The notes under the pieces are model-generated. The model was not told the origin of the DNA. It searched no databases and was given only the letters and a program-made list of their open reading frames with translations. A stretch of DNA of 63,559 nt, the filler included. It is 7 parts of 7 records of this genome, joined end to end, with 100 filler letters (N's around TTAATTAATTAA, not from the genome) between each part and the next. Parts side by side here need not be neighbours in the genome. Positions count along the whole stretch, not along the records: positions 29,817 to 39,134 come from SRR20825010_102; positions 39,235 to 46,008 come from SRR20825010_103; positions 46,109 to 54,049 come from SRR20825010_105; 4 more parts are not named here. One strand, given 5' to 3'. How positions within the stretch are numbered: the stretch's first letter is position 1; every line of letters starts with the position of its first letter. Below are positions 38,053 through 49,759 of the stretch, piece by piece. The position numbers and the translations under genes were made by a program.

Positions 38053-38706
38053 TCAAGCGCTCAAACTCGCCTCAAAATGCCTCAGAAGCGTGCTGTGCAG
38101 GCGGCGTTCGTCTTCTTCATGCGCACCGTAAACAAGCTGTTCCCGCGCAAGCCAGAAGGTTTCCTTGAAGGCCCGTGCGATCTTCTCCGCACCGACCGCA
38201 TGGAAACGTTCACTGCAGGATGCGAGGTGAGTGGCAAACCGGCTGGCCGCATTATCAAAGCGCAGGCCAAGGCCTTCGAAGCTGTCATCGCCTGACATTT
38301 TATGCGCGAGGTCAAGCGCACGGATAATGCCGCGCCGTTCCTCACAAAGCCGAATGAGCACGCTCACGATAATGCCAGGGGCATCATCCACAAGCGCGGG
38401 ATGGTGCGCCAGCTCGCCCTCGAGGCTTTCAAGCGTTAATTCGCACTCAAGCCCCAACCGGTCATCAAGGCAATGCAGCAGCGCCGCCTTGTCAGAAAAC
38501 CGGTTATAGAATGAACCAACCGAAGCCTCGGCCTCCCGCACGATCTCATGCACCGAAACTTCGTGCCAGTGTTTGCCTTTCAGAAGACCTTCCGCTGCCT
38601 CAAGAAACCGCATGAACGACCGACGGCTGCGACCCTGCATGGGTGCCTGCACCCACTTGCCATATAGCCACTGGCCTTCGCCCCCACTTACCGACATTGC
38701 TGTCAT
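38053..38706 (-). CDS. TetR/AcrR family transcriptional regulator
   Basis: QGRSRRS...LEAAEGLL...VSVHEIVREAEASVGSFYNRFSDKAALL. Confidence 0.92.
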   Translation of the reverse strand: MTAMSVSGGEGQWLYGKWVQAPMQGRSRRSFMRFLEAAEGLLKGKHWHEVSVHEIVREAEASVGSFYNRFSDKAALLHCLDDRLGLECELTLESLEGELAHHPALVDDAPGIIVSVLIRLCEERRGIIRALDLAHKMSGDDSFEGLGLRFDNAASRFATHLASCSERFHAVGAEKIARAFKETFWLAREQLVYGAHEEDERRLHSTLLRHFEASLSA

Positions 38707-39104
38707 ATAGTTCTCTCCATCAAGCCTCGAGCAGAGGCTCTATCAAGTTTCACCCTAAACTCATGCCAACAGCTTTCCCGGACGCACCAAACCGCGCGCC
38801 AGATCTTGCCCCTCTGACCCCAACAGCCCGAATGCGCAGCACCCAACACCGGCTCCCATCAAAAGTGACAGGCAGCACAACCGCACACACAAGGCCTGGC
38901 CATATGAACCAGAGCCAAGGCGCAGAAAGCCAATCAGGCGCGCACCCACGCACCAGGCAAAGTTCAGCCAAGCCCAAAGCTCACCGATGCTCGAGGGCAA
39001 TCAAAAGCCCACAAGCACCAAAGACCTAAAGGCCAGCAAGCCAAAGGCGGAACCCCGGCGGTCCACTGACCACAGGAAAACAAACCTCCAAAAGCCTACC
39101 GTGC

Positions 39105-39134
39105 CCCAAGAGCCTGAGACCCAAGAGCCTGAGA
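39105..39134. repeat. 15-bp tandem repeat at contig end
   Basis: CCCAAGAGCCTGAGA x2. Confidence 0.8.
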
Positions 39135-39234
39135 NNNNNNNNNNNNNNNNNNNNNNNNNNNNNNNNNNNNNNNNNNNNTTAATTAATTAANNNNNNNNNN
39201 NNNNNNNNNNNNNNNNNNNNNNNNNNNNNNNNNN
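39135..39234. other. Artificial contig linker
   Basis: N44-TTAATTAATTAA-N44. Confidence 0.99.
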
Positions 39235-39703
39235 TTCATTTAAACAAGATACATCGATATATACGGATTTACAGGTGACTTCATCCCTTGATAACAACTA
39301 CCCAGTACCATCGTGAGGTCGACGGCCGACGACGAGGGGCCCGGCCGGGCCGGGAGTGGGCGTCGGGCGGTGGGGACCACCGTCGTCTGGACAAGTGCGA
39401 GGTGACCTTCATTTCTTGTTATACTGGCTGCTCAGCGTTAAGCCGCTCGTTCGAGTGTGGCTTCAGGTTATCAGAATCTGCTCAGTCCGGCCCGTCCCCC
39501 CCGCCCGGCCGTCGGTCCGGCACGTCGTCCCCGACCATCGGCTACGCCGCGCCCGGGCCCGCTGCGGCATCCGGGCACGGCCCGGCCGCTCAGCCGCTTT
39601 GTCTGAGTTTGTGCCCACGTCTTCGAGGCTCCGGTTGATATGAATACAAAATAGAGTAGGCCGGCCCTTGGTTCTGAGTCAGGGGCGAGTCGACGCAAGC
39701 TTG

Positions 39704-41379
39704 ATGAAGCGATCGGACACAGCGTCGCCCAAGGATGGTCCCTGGGGCCGCCGGGGAGAGGAAGCGCCGGGCAGCGAGACGAAACCACCCGACACAATCG
39801 CCGAGATGAAGGGTGTTGTCGTTGTGGTTGTGAAGGAGGAGGACGGCCTGGAGTCGGTCAAGCGGCGCCATATCATGGCGCGCGCAAGCAGCGTTTGCTC
39901 CGGGCCGAGGCGCATGTTGCGCAACTTCCCCATCGTGTGGTATGGCACAGTATTGGGCCTCACAAGTCAATGTGGGTGGCCTTTTTACTTTTTTGTTTTG
40001 TTCGATCAATACCCTGGACTGTGTGCTGATCGAACCCCCTCCTTTTCCCAATTTCAGCGCTGCTGTGGAAGGCGATGGCCACTCAGCCGTCCATGTCATG
40101 GGCCAACATCCCCGAATGGGTGTACAAGGCAGTTTGGGGCGTCGGCCTCTTGTGGTTCATGGCGGTGACAGTGGTGTATCTGCTCAAGTTTATATTCGAG
40201 CCTTGCGCCGTGAAGGCCGAGATCGGACATCCCGTGAGGGTGAATTTCGTGTTCGCGCCGGTTATTGCGACCCTTTTTTTGTTGATTGGAACACCGTTTG
40301 GGGGTAGCAGCGTGAATATGACCGTCTGTGAGGTGGTGTGGTGGCTCACGATGACGATCAACTTCGGCATGTCGATGCGGCTGTATTGGAATTGGCTCCT
40401 TTCTCCCAATGGCACCAACATGTCAAAGAGCAACCCGACTTACCAGATCGCAGTGGGTAAGCCACCCCCTCAGTCCTCTGCGCTGCTGGCGCTTAGTTAA
40501 CTCTCTGACGTCCTTGCAGTTTCCCACTTTGTGGGCAGCACGGCGGGGGCCATGGTGGACCAGAAGGAATTCGCCAAGTTTTTCTTCTCCACGGGCCTCC
40601 TCCTCGAGTCGGTTCTCATAGTGCAGACGTTTGGCTCGCTGCACCACAACACCTTGCTGCCTAAGCCCCTCATGCCCGTCATCTTTCTATTCATAGCGCC
40701 ATCGTCCGCCGCCGCCACCTCATGGGGCAAGCTGCACGGGTGGGACAACGTTAGCACTGTGCTGTTTTTTATCGGCTTGGCGTTCTATGCGCTTGTGTTT
40801 GCCAACATTGACTCATTCTTTCGGCTCAAGTTCTCACTCGCATGGTGGGCAACAACTTTTCCAATGGTGAGTAGGCCCCCCTTTCCCTTCCCTCCCTGCA
40901 ATGGCTCTGACAGGCTTGTCGACCAACAGACGGCGAGTGCCCTGGCCTTTATGGACTATGCCACATACAACACGACAGTGACGACACAGGTTCTGTCGTT
41001 TGCATGGTGCATCTTTGCTGTGTCCTGCGTGCTGCTGATGGCGACCCTCACTGTCGTGTTTGTGGCCTCCGGGGCGCTGCTCCTGACCGACCCGGTGCCC
41101 GTCAAGTGTCCGGTTGACCGTCAGAAGGTGGTTGTCCGGACGGTGAAGAAGGTGTCCCGGGACCTCATTGAGAAGGGAGCGGAGCCGGCTGACGTGGAAC
41201 AACTTGCGAGGCAGACCGCGATGGACCTGAGCAAGATGAGTGACTCCGATAGTGCGAGTCTGGGGCAGCTGGAGATGGATGCGTGGGGCCTGTCTGACCC
41301 GGTGCTGGAGGGCTCATTCTTGCCGGAGGACCAGGTTGCTGCCATAATACAGAAGCGCATGGTGGCCGAAAGACAGTAG
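39704..41379 (+). CDS. Eukaryotic SLAC1/SLAH-like S-type anion channel (TDT family), 4 exons: 39704-39971, 40058-40456, 40520-40866, 40930-41379
   Basis: GT-AG introns with CTGAY branch sites. Spliced product of 487 aa has FPIVWYGTVLGLTSQSLLW, HPVRVNFVFAP, NPTYQIAVVSHFVG, LPKPLMPVIFLFIAP, FSLAWWATTFPMTA. Start codon is uncertain. Confidence 0.88.
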
Positions 41380-42539
41380 GGCAAACAGAGTGGATGTTGC
41401 CAGGTGAGACTGTCGAGATCGTCCACGAGTGCCGCATGACACACGTGCGATCTCCAGTCAACTCCGGCTCCGCCGGCCCACCCCAGTCAAAGACCAAACC
41501 AGGCAGTAATTAACTAACTGGTTGCTGGGTTTACTATCTGCAAAAGGGTATCGGCGAAAGCCGTCCCTCTCGTCATCACACAAATAAAACATAATCTTAA
41601 AACAAACGCACAAGCCTCAGCCAGGCTTGAGAAGGAATCAGCATGCAAACAAATCGGGAACCATAGTGAAAAGATAACAACCTCTTGCGAGCTAGCAATA
41701 ACCAGGGGCATCTCTGGTCGAGATGATCGGACAATCGTCCGCGACCTGACTCGACACCGCGGGCAAAACCAATTAGAAACAACAGTACACTTCGGTTCCC
41801 ATAACATCGGACACTCCAGCACCAAAGCTCCGGCATCACCCTGGGGTGAACACCTGAGGGGACACACCGGCAAGCCGACTCGCAGGCCTCGTCGTCAGCC
41901 AACCACGGCAGCGTGCGACGGCCCACCCGTGTCTCGTGCAGCATCTCCCACAACACCAGCCGCAGCTCAGAGGCATAAGCTGAACCTTCACCAGCACCAA
42001 CCCACTCAGAGCATCACTTGCCAGCATCCACGGCAGCAGGCACTGTCCACCGCAACCATCCATCACCAGCAGGGACCAGCGTCCCAGTCCAGCCGCCAAA
42101 CCGCGGCCACCATGCGGTGAGCAATCAGAACACGGGTAGCCACTACCCAAACTACATCAATAATAAAAAAAGCTCGCTCCAAACTCGCCTATCAATTCGA
42201 ACTCGCCCAACGTTTTCTGGACGATCACAAGAAGTCTAGCCGTAATACACCGCATCGTAGTTCTTCCTCGTCCCCTCCTCCAGTACAAACTAGGGAGCAT
42301 TCTCACTCGTGACTTGGCTTCTCCCGACAGCCGCGATGCGGCGCAGCGAGCCCCCCCTCCCCCCTACCCGGGTTCCTGCTGGGAGGGTCAGGCCTGCTCT
42401 CGCTGTGTCCGGTCACTGATGTGTGGTGACCCAGCCTGGCGGGAACCGGCGGTTGGCGGTCGGACGGTGAGTGCTTCCTCCTCGCGTGCGACGTGGCAGC
42501 AGAGGGCAGGCGGGGATGGAAGGCACATTGATATCACCA

Positions 42540-43980
42540 TCACTCCCCAGAGAGTGGTCCTCCCCCCCGGCCCCATGCCCTCTTGGCAAAGCTGGCCGGA
42601 GCCACGCCAGCACCAATGTAGTTGTCAAAGTATGTGAAGAACTGTTGGTAGTTGTGCTTGCCTGTCTTGTGATGGTACTGCTCAGCGGTAAGGCAGGGCG
42701 CCGTGTTAGTGAGGGCGACAACACGACATCACGCGTAACCACAACAGCAGCTAGAACAACACCAATCGCGGCGGCGGCAACATCAACCACAGCAATGACT
42801 GCAGTGGGGGCAAACGTCAAGCGCCCACACTTCGACAACATAACAACATCATCAAAAAAAAAAGGAAATAGTCGAGGGTGACCCACCTCGTGCCTTCGTG
42901 GCCCGCCAAGGATGCCGAACGGTACAACGTGGTGAAGCATCCATGGGCAGTCGTAGCCCGCATGGCTCTCTGTCAGTAGGTAGGTGATGACAATGTTGTG
43001 CAACGCCCGGCAGATCGGGTGGACCCGCAGTGCGTTCAGGGTGATGATGTTGACCACAACCTAATACAATAAGAGCACGCAAAGTCAGCGGAACAGGTGG
43101 GTGTGGGCTGACTATTCAGTCAGCACTGCCGGGAGTAAGTGTATGTGCGTTGTGTTAAATAGTGACCGTGGTTTGCCATTCAGTCATGCAGCAAGAGATG
43201 GTGCCGGGTGTGGCGCGCGCGTGTGTGTGTGTGTGTGTGTGTCGTGTTAACCACTGACCTGCATAGTCCCATCCACCAGCCCATGCCTAATGATATCGAT
43301 GGACACGAGGGGTGAGCTCGTGTGGTGCCGATTATGCAGCCTTCTTAGTACCTTCACCCGATGCATCGCCCAGTGCAGAGGGAAGAACAGCAAATCATAA
43401 ACAAAGTGTGTCGCAATAAGGCTGAAAATAATCTCCCACATTCCAGGCGCGGCCTCGGGCAGGTTCCGACGCGGGTATACAAAATCAAAAAGGAACAGAG
43501 GGGCGAGATAGGCCGCGGCTGCCAGGTACCCGATGCCGTGTTTGTAGGCAGACATGGTCCTCCCTGCCGAGTTGAACTGCCACTGGTGGCACCACGGCAC
43601 AAACTTGTCGATAAATTCAAAAACGTGAATCCAGAGGGTGAAGGCAGACGTAGCAAGGATGGGCTCAAAACTGTCGTGCTGTGAGAGAGGAGGGGAGGGG
43701 GGTCAGCGACCACGGCCGATTCAACTGCGGGCAAACCGCAACCCACACCAGCCCTAACAACGCTTTGCAACCCACGCCGACCCTAAACGCCCTAACCCAA
43801 CAGGCACCCAAACTCCGCCCATAATTAAACAAAGAACTGCAGACATACGTTGACGATGCTCCACTCCCTAGCCTCAGTCCACCACTGCTGAACCTTGTGG
43901 TCGGCAGCGTCGTTGAACACTACCAGCACGGCAAGACAGAGAACCACTGCTGCCCGGATTGCCGTGGTTGTGGGGTTCAT
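42540..43980 (-). CDS. Eukaryotic fatty acid hydroxylase / sterol desaturase family (cholesterol 25-hydroxylase-like), 4 exons: 43980-43849, 43678-43259, 43060-42887, 42677-42540
   Basis: GT-AG phase-0 introns with CTRAC branch sites. Spliced 287 aa carries His boxes HWAMH, HNRHH, ESHAGYD and HE|YHH, plus NYQQFFTYFD. Confidence 0.88.
43221..43242. repeat. (GT)11 microsatellite in intron
   Basis: Direct read. Confidence 0.95.
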
Positions 43981-44585
43981 TTCAGAAATCGAGAAAACTC
44001 AACTGAGCGCGAACCCACGGGAGTAACTGACAAAGAACAAATCGCGATAAGGGTGTCACAACATATATGTGAGTGGCGTGGCCGGGCGACGTGGCAGAGT
44101 CGATAGGCACAACCAAACGTGGAAAACAAGCTCAGTCCTGCTTCGCGAAGACAGATGCCCGGCCCCTCACCGGTACGGCCGGCGACGTACGAGTGCGCGG
44201 CGCGGGGTTTTGTCAGTTGGTGGTCGGGCCGGGCAGAGAGCTGTGGTTCCCAGCCCTGGTCTCAGTGCCGGGGCGGGCGCGCCCGCGTCCGGGCGGCGGC
44301 CCTGGCGGGCCGCCTGGCACCCCAGCCTGCAGGGAGTCACTCACTCAGTGACAAGCCTGCCGGCGCGGCGAGCCCGTGCCGGGTCGGCATGCGGGCCGAC
44401 CGACTGAGCGGTCGCATTGCTTTCAAACTGACCCACTGTAGCCCGGATGCCGCATGAGCCGCATGGCAGCGAGCGTACTACACCAACGGGCACGGCAGGA
44501 TACCAACTGGGAGGCGGCGACCTACAGTGGCGACGGTTTTCGGGCCACGATCTGTGTTACGGAATCATTGTCGCTTCAATAAATA

Positions 44586-44685
44586 GGAAGTATAACCAAA
44601 TTAGGTATCATTTTTCAATTTTTGAAAAATGATACCTAATTTGGTCATTTTGAAAAATGATCAAACCTAATTTGGTTATACTTCC
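44586..44685. repeat. Nested AT-rich palindrome (100 bp)
   Basis: Outer 21-bp perfect IR 44586-606/44665-685; inner 24-bp perfect IR 44595-618/44622-645. Confidence 0.9.
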
Positions 44686-46008
44686 GATGAAGGCGGTTAA
44701 TTGGCCATACAGTTTACCCCTTCACTGATGATTTTTATACTCCCAACCGCTATATCGTTTCAACAGAGAAAAATCCAATAAGGGCCCGCCATCTGGCGCT
44801 TTCTTGATATTTTTGTCTAATCAGGCAATTTCAAAAAAGAAACACGTGTCAATCATGATCCATGCTTTGTGGCGGACCAGGCACCCAGTGATGTTTGCTG
44901 GTCTCCGCGGCTGGGCAAGCCCGCTGAGATACTGTGCCGCCAGCCGCCAGGCGTCTATGTACGTACACGTGGTACCGGTCTTGAAAGATGTCCTGTACAA
45001 CAGCAGTGTATTTATCGTTATTATTTAATAAACTATTCGCTTGCATATACTTATTGGTTGTGTTCACTTGAGTTCACTCCGTCCTGTGGCGAGCCCCATT
45101 TGCTGTCGCTGTGCCGCGTTGTTAGTGCTAGCCACGTACCACACGTACCCTGTCACTTGTGGTACCCGTGGTGTCCCACCAGCTGTGCTTGACTGCCGCT
45201 CGGTGCAAGCACCAATGACCCAAGCTCCGCTTGTTGGCCGCTTGCGACCACCCATGTGCTGTTCCCTTCGCGGCTGTCCTGTGCCGTCTGTCACTTGCCA
45301 CATCCGCACGCTACACATACTCATTCCCGCGTATGTCGCTGTGTGGCCCGTGCTCGCCCGTAGCCCCATAGCAGTGCCGTTGTCCCTACTGCATGCAACC
45401 GCCAGTTGTCCCAGTCTCTCCTCGACTCCGAGACACATGTCAATCATCCCAAATCACCGACCATCATTCTAAGCGGACTGGGGGTGCCGCACAGCACTCC
45501 CCGGCCTCAACTCATCATTGATCACTGATGAACGGGACTCCATCTGCGCAACGTCGGTGAGGGCGTCCATGGGGGCTTTCACTGGACGCAGATTATCCAC
45601 CAACCGAGGGGAGAGATGAGACAGAACTGTTCCTCCACCCCGACCTCCACCCCGGCCGCGCCCGCCACCCCGGCCGTGCCCACTCCCCCGTGTAGGCTGC
45701 GGCTGCGGCTGCGGCGGCAAAGAGCGTGGGGACCCGCGGGGTTTGGGAGGGTGTCCCCGCTTACGTGTCGTAACTGGGGTCTGTATGGGTGCGGCTGTCC
45801 CTCTTGTTGCACGCACAATGGTCTCGTAAATTTCGGGCGCGGCATGGTATGCATTCCAGCAAACCTCGTGCTGTGCCGACCGACTGCTCGCGAGCGTCCC
45901 CCCCCCCTCCTCCTCGAGACAAGGCACCTGAAGCATAGTGCGCCCATCCCGGCCCCTAGGTTGACTTAAAATGGGCAGGTGCTTCACCAGCAAGTCCTCA
46001 CACTTGAG

Positions 46009-46108
46009 NNNNNNNNNNNNNNNNNNNNNNNNNNNNNNNNNNNNNNNNNNNNTTAATTAATTAANNNNNNNNNNNNNNNNNNNNNNNNNNNNNNNNNNNN
46101 NNNNNNNN
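46009..46108. other. Artificial contig linker
   Basis: N44-TTAATTAATTAA-N44. Confidence 0.99.
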
Positions 46109-46788
46109 ACGGAGAACAATTTGTGGCTTCTACAATTGTTTCTACACCCATGGTTGAAAAAATAGCTACTCATTTTAATGTGAAATACATTGAAGGACTC
46201 ACAGGTTTCAAATGGATTGCCAAAATGATAAAAGACTTCCCAGCACTTGATTTTATTGGTGGTGGTGAAGAAAGCTTTGGATATTTAGTAGGCGATTTTG
46301 TACGTGATAAAGATGCTGTTACCGCTGCCCTACTCGCTTGTGAAATTGCAGCACAAAAGAAAAGTGAAAACAGCAGTATGTTTCAATACTTGAATACACT
46401 TTACAATCAATTTGGAAACTATCGTGAACATTTAATTTCAATTACTAAAAAAGGAAAACAAGGTGCTGAAGAAATTTCAACAATTATGAAAACCCTTCGT
46501 GAAAATCCTTTTAAAGAAATTGCAGGTAGCAAAGTGGTTCGAATGGACGATGTTTCAAAAAATGAAACAACAGATTTTGTAAAACAGGAAAAATTGTCAT
46601 TATACCTGCCAAAATCCAATGTATTAATCTTTTATACGGAAGATGGCAGCAAAATTGCAGCACGACCAAGCGGTACAGAACCAAAAATAAAGTTCTACAT
46701 TAGCGTAAATACTTCTGAAAAGGAAAATTTTGAAGAAATACTTCAGAAGAAAATAAATACTATTACCGCACAACTAAATATTAGTTAA
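46109..46788 (+). CDS. Phosphoglucomutase/phosphomannomutase, C-terminal part
   Basis: STIVST, LTGFKWI, GGEESFG, VRDKDA, RPSGTEPKIKFY. Confidence 0.95.
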
Positions 46789-48614
46789 TGAATTATTTCA
46801 AAAAAATACTGCGTTACGCCTATCCATACAAGAGATATGCTTTTTTAAATATCTTTTTTAATGTGCTTTACGCATTATTTGGTACACTTTCATTTGTAGC
46901 GTTGATTCCTGTTTTAGAAATTATTTTCAGTGATAATCGTACCCTTGAAACTAAACCCATTTATGAAGGGATTTCTACAATAAAAGATTTTTCTCAAGAA
47001 TACCTTAATTACTTTATTATTGACAACATCAATAAACACGGAGAGTTTAAGGTGCTTATGTACATGGTTGGTATTATAATTTCTCTTTTTTTATTGAAAA
47101 ATTTGAGTAATTATTTAGCAATGTTTTACTCCACTTTTCTTCGAAATGGAGTACTAAAAGATTTACGAAATGACCTTTATAGCAAAGTAATTCAATTTCC
47201 ATTAGCGTTCTATTCTGAAAAAAGAAAAGGAGATACCATTTCACGATTAAGTGGTGATGTGGATGAAGTAAAAAACTCCGTGCTTTCTGTATTAGAAATG
47301 ATTGTTCGCGAGCCTTTAACGATTATTTTTTCATTGGCTACGATGCTTTTTATAAGTCCAAAGCTTACACTCTTTGTATTTTTATTTCTTCCAATTTCAG
47401 GGTTTTTAATATCGAAAATTGGTAAGTCTCTTAAAAAAGGATCTTTAAAAGTACAGCAGGAACAAGGAACATTTCTTTCAATTCTGGAAGAAACTATGGG
47501 TGGATTACGAATTATAAAAGCGTTTCATGCTGAAGGTCTTTTTCAAAAGAAATTTGAAGATAGCAACCACCGTTTTTATAAATATTCTAATTCGGTTCTT
47601 AACCGACAAAACCTAGCATCACCAGTTAGTGAGCTTTTAGGAATTATTACAATAGGAATTTTATTAGTTTATGGCGGCTATTTGGTTTTTGTTGATAAAA
47701 CGCTAGAAGCCAGCTTCTTTATTGGCTATATTATGTTGGCATACAACATTCTAACACCTGCTAAGGCTATTGCAAAAGCAAGCTATTCTGTGAAACGCGC
47801 AGATGGTTCTGCACACCGTATTTTGGAGCTATTGGAAGCTAAAAATACAATTACTGATATTGAAAACCCAGTGCAGAAAGAAGGTTTTGATGGTACTATT
47901 TCCATCAAAAATATTTCGTTTAAATACGATGATCAATATGTATTGAAAGATTTTTCTTTGGAAATTCCAAAGGGAAAAACGGTTGCACTTGTTGGTCAAT
48001 CTGGTAGTGGAAAAAGTACAATAGCCAATTTACTAACACGATTTTACGATGTAAATAAAGGAAGCATTGAAATTGATGGTGTTGACATAAAAGATATTTC
48101 AAAAAAGTCATTACGGGGTTTAATGGGGATTGTTTCACAAGATTCCATTCTTTTTAATGACTCCGTAGCAAACAATTTAAAACTCGGTAAACCGAATGCT
48201 TCTGAAGCAGAATTAATGGAAGCTGCAGAAATAAGCAATTCATACGAGTTTATTAAAAATCTTCCCGATGGTTTTGACACCAACATTGGTGATGGAGGAG
48301 GAAAAATAAGTGGCGGACAAAAGCAGCGTTTAAGTATTGCGCGGGCTGTTTTGAAAAATCCGCCGATTATGATTTTGGATGAAGCAACTTCTGCTTTAGA
48401 CACTGAAAGTGAGCGTTTGGTGCAAGATGCCTTAGAAAAAATGATGAAAAACAGAACTTCCATCGTCATTGCGCATCGCCTTTCTACCATTCAAAATGCA
48501 GATAATATTGTGGTACTTTCCAAAGGAAAAATCGTAGAACAAGGTAAACACCAAGAACTTTTGGAGAAAAAAGGTGTTTATTACAGTTTGGTAGAAATGC
48601 AATCGCTTGCATAA
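46788..48614 (+). CDS. ABC transporter permease/ATPase fusion (MsbA-like)
   Basis: TM domain, GQSGSGKS, ISGGQKQR, ILDEATSALD, AHRLST. Confidence 0.95.
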   Translation: MNYFKKILRYAYPYKRYAFLNIFFNVLYALFGTLSFVALIPVLEIIFSDNRTLETKPIYEGISTIKDFSQEYLNYFIIDNINKHGEFKVLMYMVGIIISLFLLKNLSNYLAMFYSTFLRNGVLKDLRNDLYSKVIQFPLAFYSEKRKGDTISRLSGDVDEVKNSVLSVLEMIVREPLTIIFSLATMLFISPKLTLFVFLFLPISGFLISKIGKSLKKGSLKVQQEQGTFLSILEETMGGLRIIKAFHAEGLFQKKFEDSNHRFYKYSNSVLNRQNLASPVSELLGIITIGILLVYGGYLVFVDKTLEASFFIGYIMLAYNILTPAKAIAKASYSVKRADGSAHRILELLEAKNTITDIENPVQKEGFDGTISIKNISFKYDDQYVLKDFSLEIPKGKTVALVGQSGSGKSTIANLLTRFYDVNKGSIEIDGVDIKDISKKSLRGLMGIVSQDSILFNDSVANNLKLGKPNASEAELMEAAEISNSYEFIKNLPDGFDTNIGDGGGKISGGQKQRLSIARAVLKNPPIMILDEATSALDTESERLVQDALEKMMKNRTSIVIAHRLSTIQNADNIVVLSKGKIVEQGKHQELLEKKGVYYSLVEMQSLA

Positions 48615-48679
48615 ATCTGCGCGTTGCATTAAACCATTCTTTACTATCGTAGTCTTATTACTAAGTTGCGTACTTAAAA

Positions 48680-49234
48680 ATGGTTGAAGAAAAAGAATTG
48701 GTAGCGGCATTGCAAACTGAATCGGAAAAAGAATCCGCATTCAGAGAACTTGTTTCTCAATACAAGGAACGGCTTTATTGGCAAATTCGAAATATGGTTT
48801 TAGACCATGCTGATGCTGATGATGTGCTTCAAAATACCTTTATAAAAATTTTCAGAAACATCAATTCCTTTAAAAGTGAAAGTAAGTTGCATACGTGGAT
48901 GTACCGAATTGCAGCAAATGAATCCATCACTTTTATCAACAAAAAAGCAAAACGCAACAATGTTTCAATAGACAATGTAAAAGATAATGCGGTTCGGAAA
49001 TTGGAGAGTGATGTTTATTTTGAAGGTGATACTATTCAGCTTCAATTTCAAAAAGCAATTGCAACTCTACCTGAAAGGCAAAGGTTAATTTTTACAATGA
49101 AATATTTTGAAGACCATACTTTCGAGGAACTTTCAGCCATATTGGAAACTTCTGTGGGCGGTTTAAAGAGCAGCTATCACATTGCAGTAAAGAAAATTAC
49201 AGAATATATAAAAACACAAGATGAAACTCTTTAA
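48680..49234 (+). CDS. ECF RNA polymerase sigma factor
   Basis: DADDVLQNTFIK, TWMYRIAANE, region 4 HTH. Confidence 0.93.
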   Translation: MVEEKELVAALQTESEKESAFRELVSQYKERLYWQIRNMVLDHADADDVLQNTFIKIFRNINSFKSESKLHTWMYRIAANESITFINKKAKRNNVSIDNVKDNAVRKLESDVYFEGDTIQLQFQKAIATLPERQRLIFTMKYFEDHTFEELSAILETSVGGLKSSYHIAVKKITEYIKTQDETL

Positions 49235-49258
49235 GAAATTTAGAGTCATAGTTTGGAA

Positions 49259-49759
49259 ATGAAAAAACAGAAAAAAAATACAGGTTTTATTACTCCCGAA
49301 AATTATTTCGAGAATTTTGATGCACAACTTTTTGGAAAAATCAAAGCGAATGACTTTCCAAAAACTACTGGTTTTAAAACACCTGAAAATTATTTTGAAA
49401 GTTTAGAAGAAAATATTTTAAACACCATAAAAGCAGAAGAAAAACCTACGAAGGTTGTTTCATTATTTCCGAAGAAATATTTTGGCTATGCCGCCGCAAT
49501 TGCTGCTAGTTTGGTTATTGGCTTTGTAACCTTTAACTCCACAAATACTACAAATACAAATCTTGACACCCTACAATTAGCTGCTATTGACACTTATATA
49601 GAAGAAGGTAATTTAAATCTTGACCTTTATGAGCTAACTACTTATATAGATGATGAAGATATTACAGACATAAACCTAAAAAGCCAACAATTTTCAGAAA
49701 GTACCTTGAAAAACTATCTCTTAGAAAATGTTGATGAAGAAACTTTAATAATCGAATAA
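49259..49759 (+). CDS. Putative single-TM anti-sigma factor
   Basis: Duplicated GFxTPENYFE motif, YAAAIAASLVIG TM segment; follows the ECF sigma gene. Confidence 0.7.
   Translation: MKKQKKNTGFITPENYFENFDAQLFGKIKANDFPKTTGFKTPENYFESLEENILNTIKAEEKPTKVVSLFPKKYFGYAAAIAASLVIGFVTFNSTNTTNTNLDTLQLAAIDTYIEEGNLNLDLYELTTYIDDEDITDINLKSQQFSESTLKNYLLENVDEETLIIE

Noticed and set aside
39235-39640. 3' exons of another eukaryotic gene
   Set aside because: Possible splice signals, but no recognisable protein; cannot be supported.
41514-42400. ORFs between the two eukaryotic genes
   Set aside because: Low-complexity frames on both strands with no motifs; probably UTR or intergenic.
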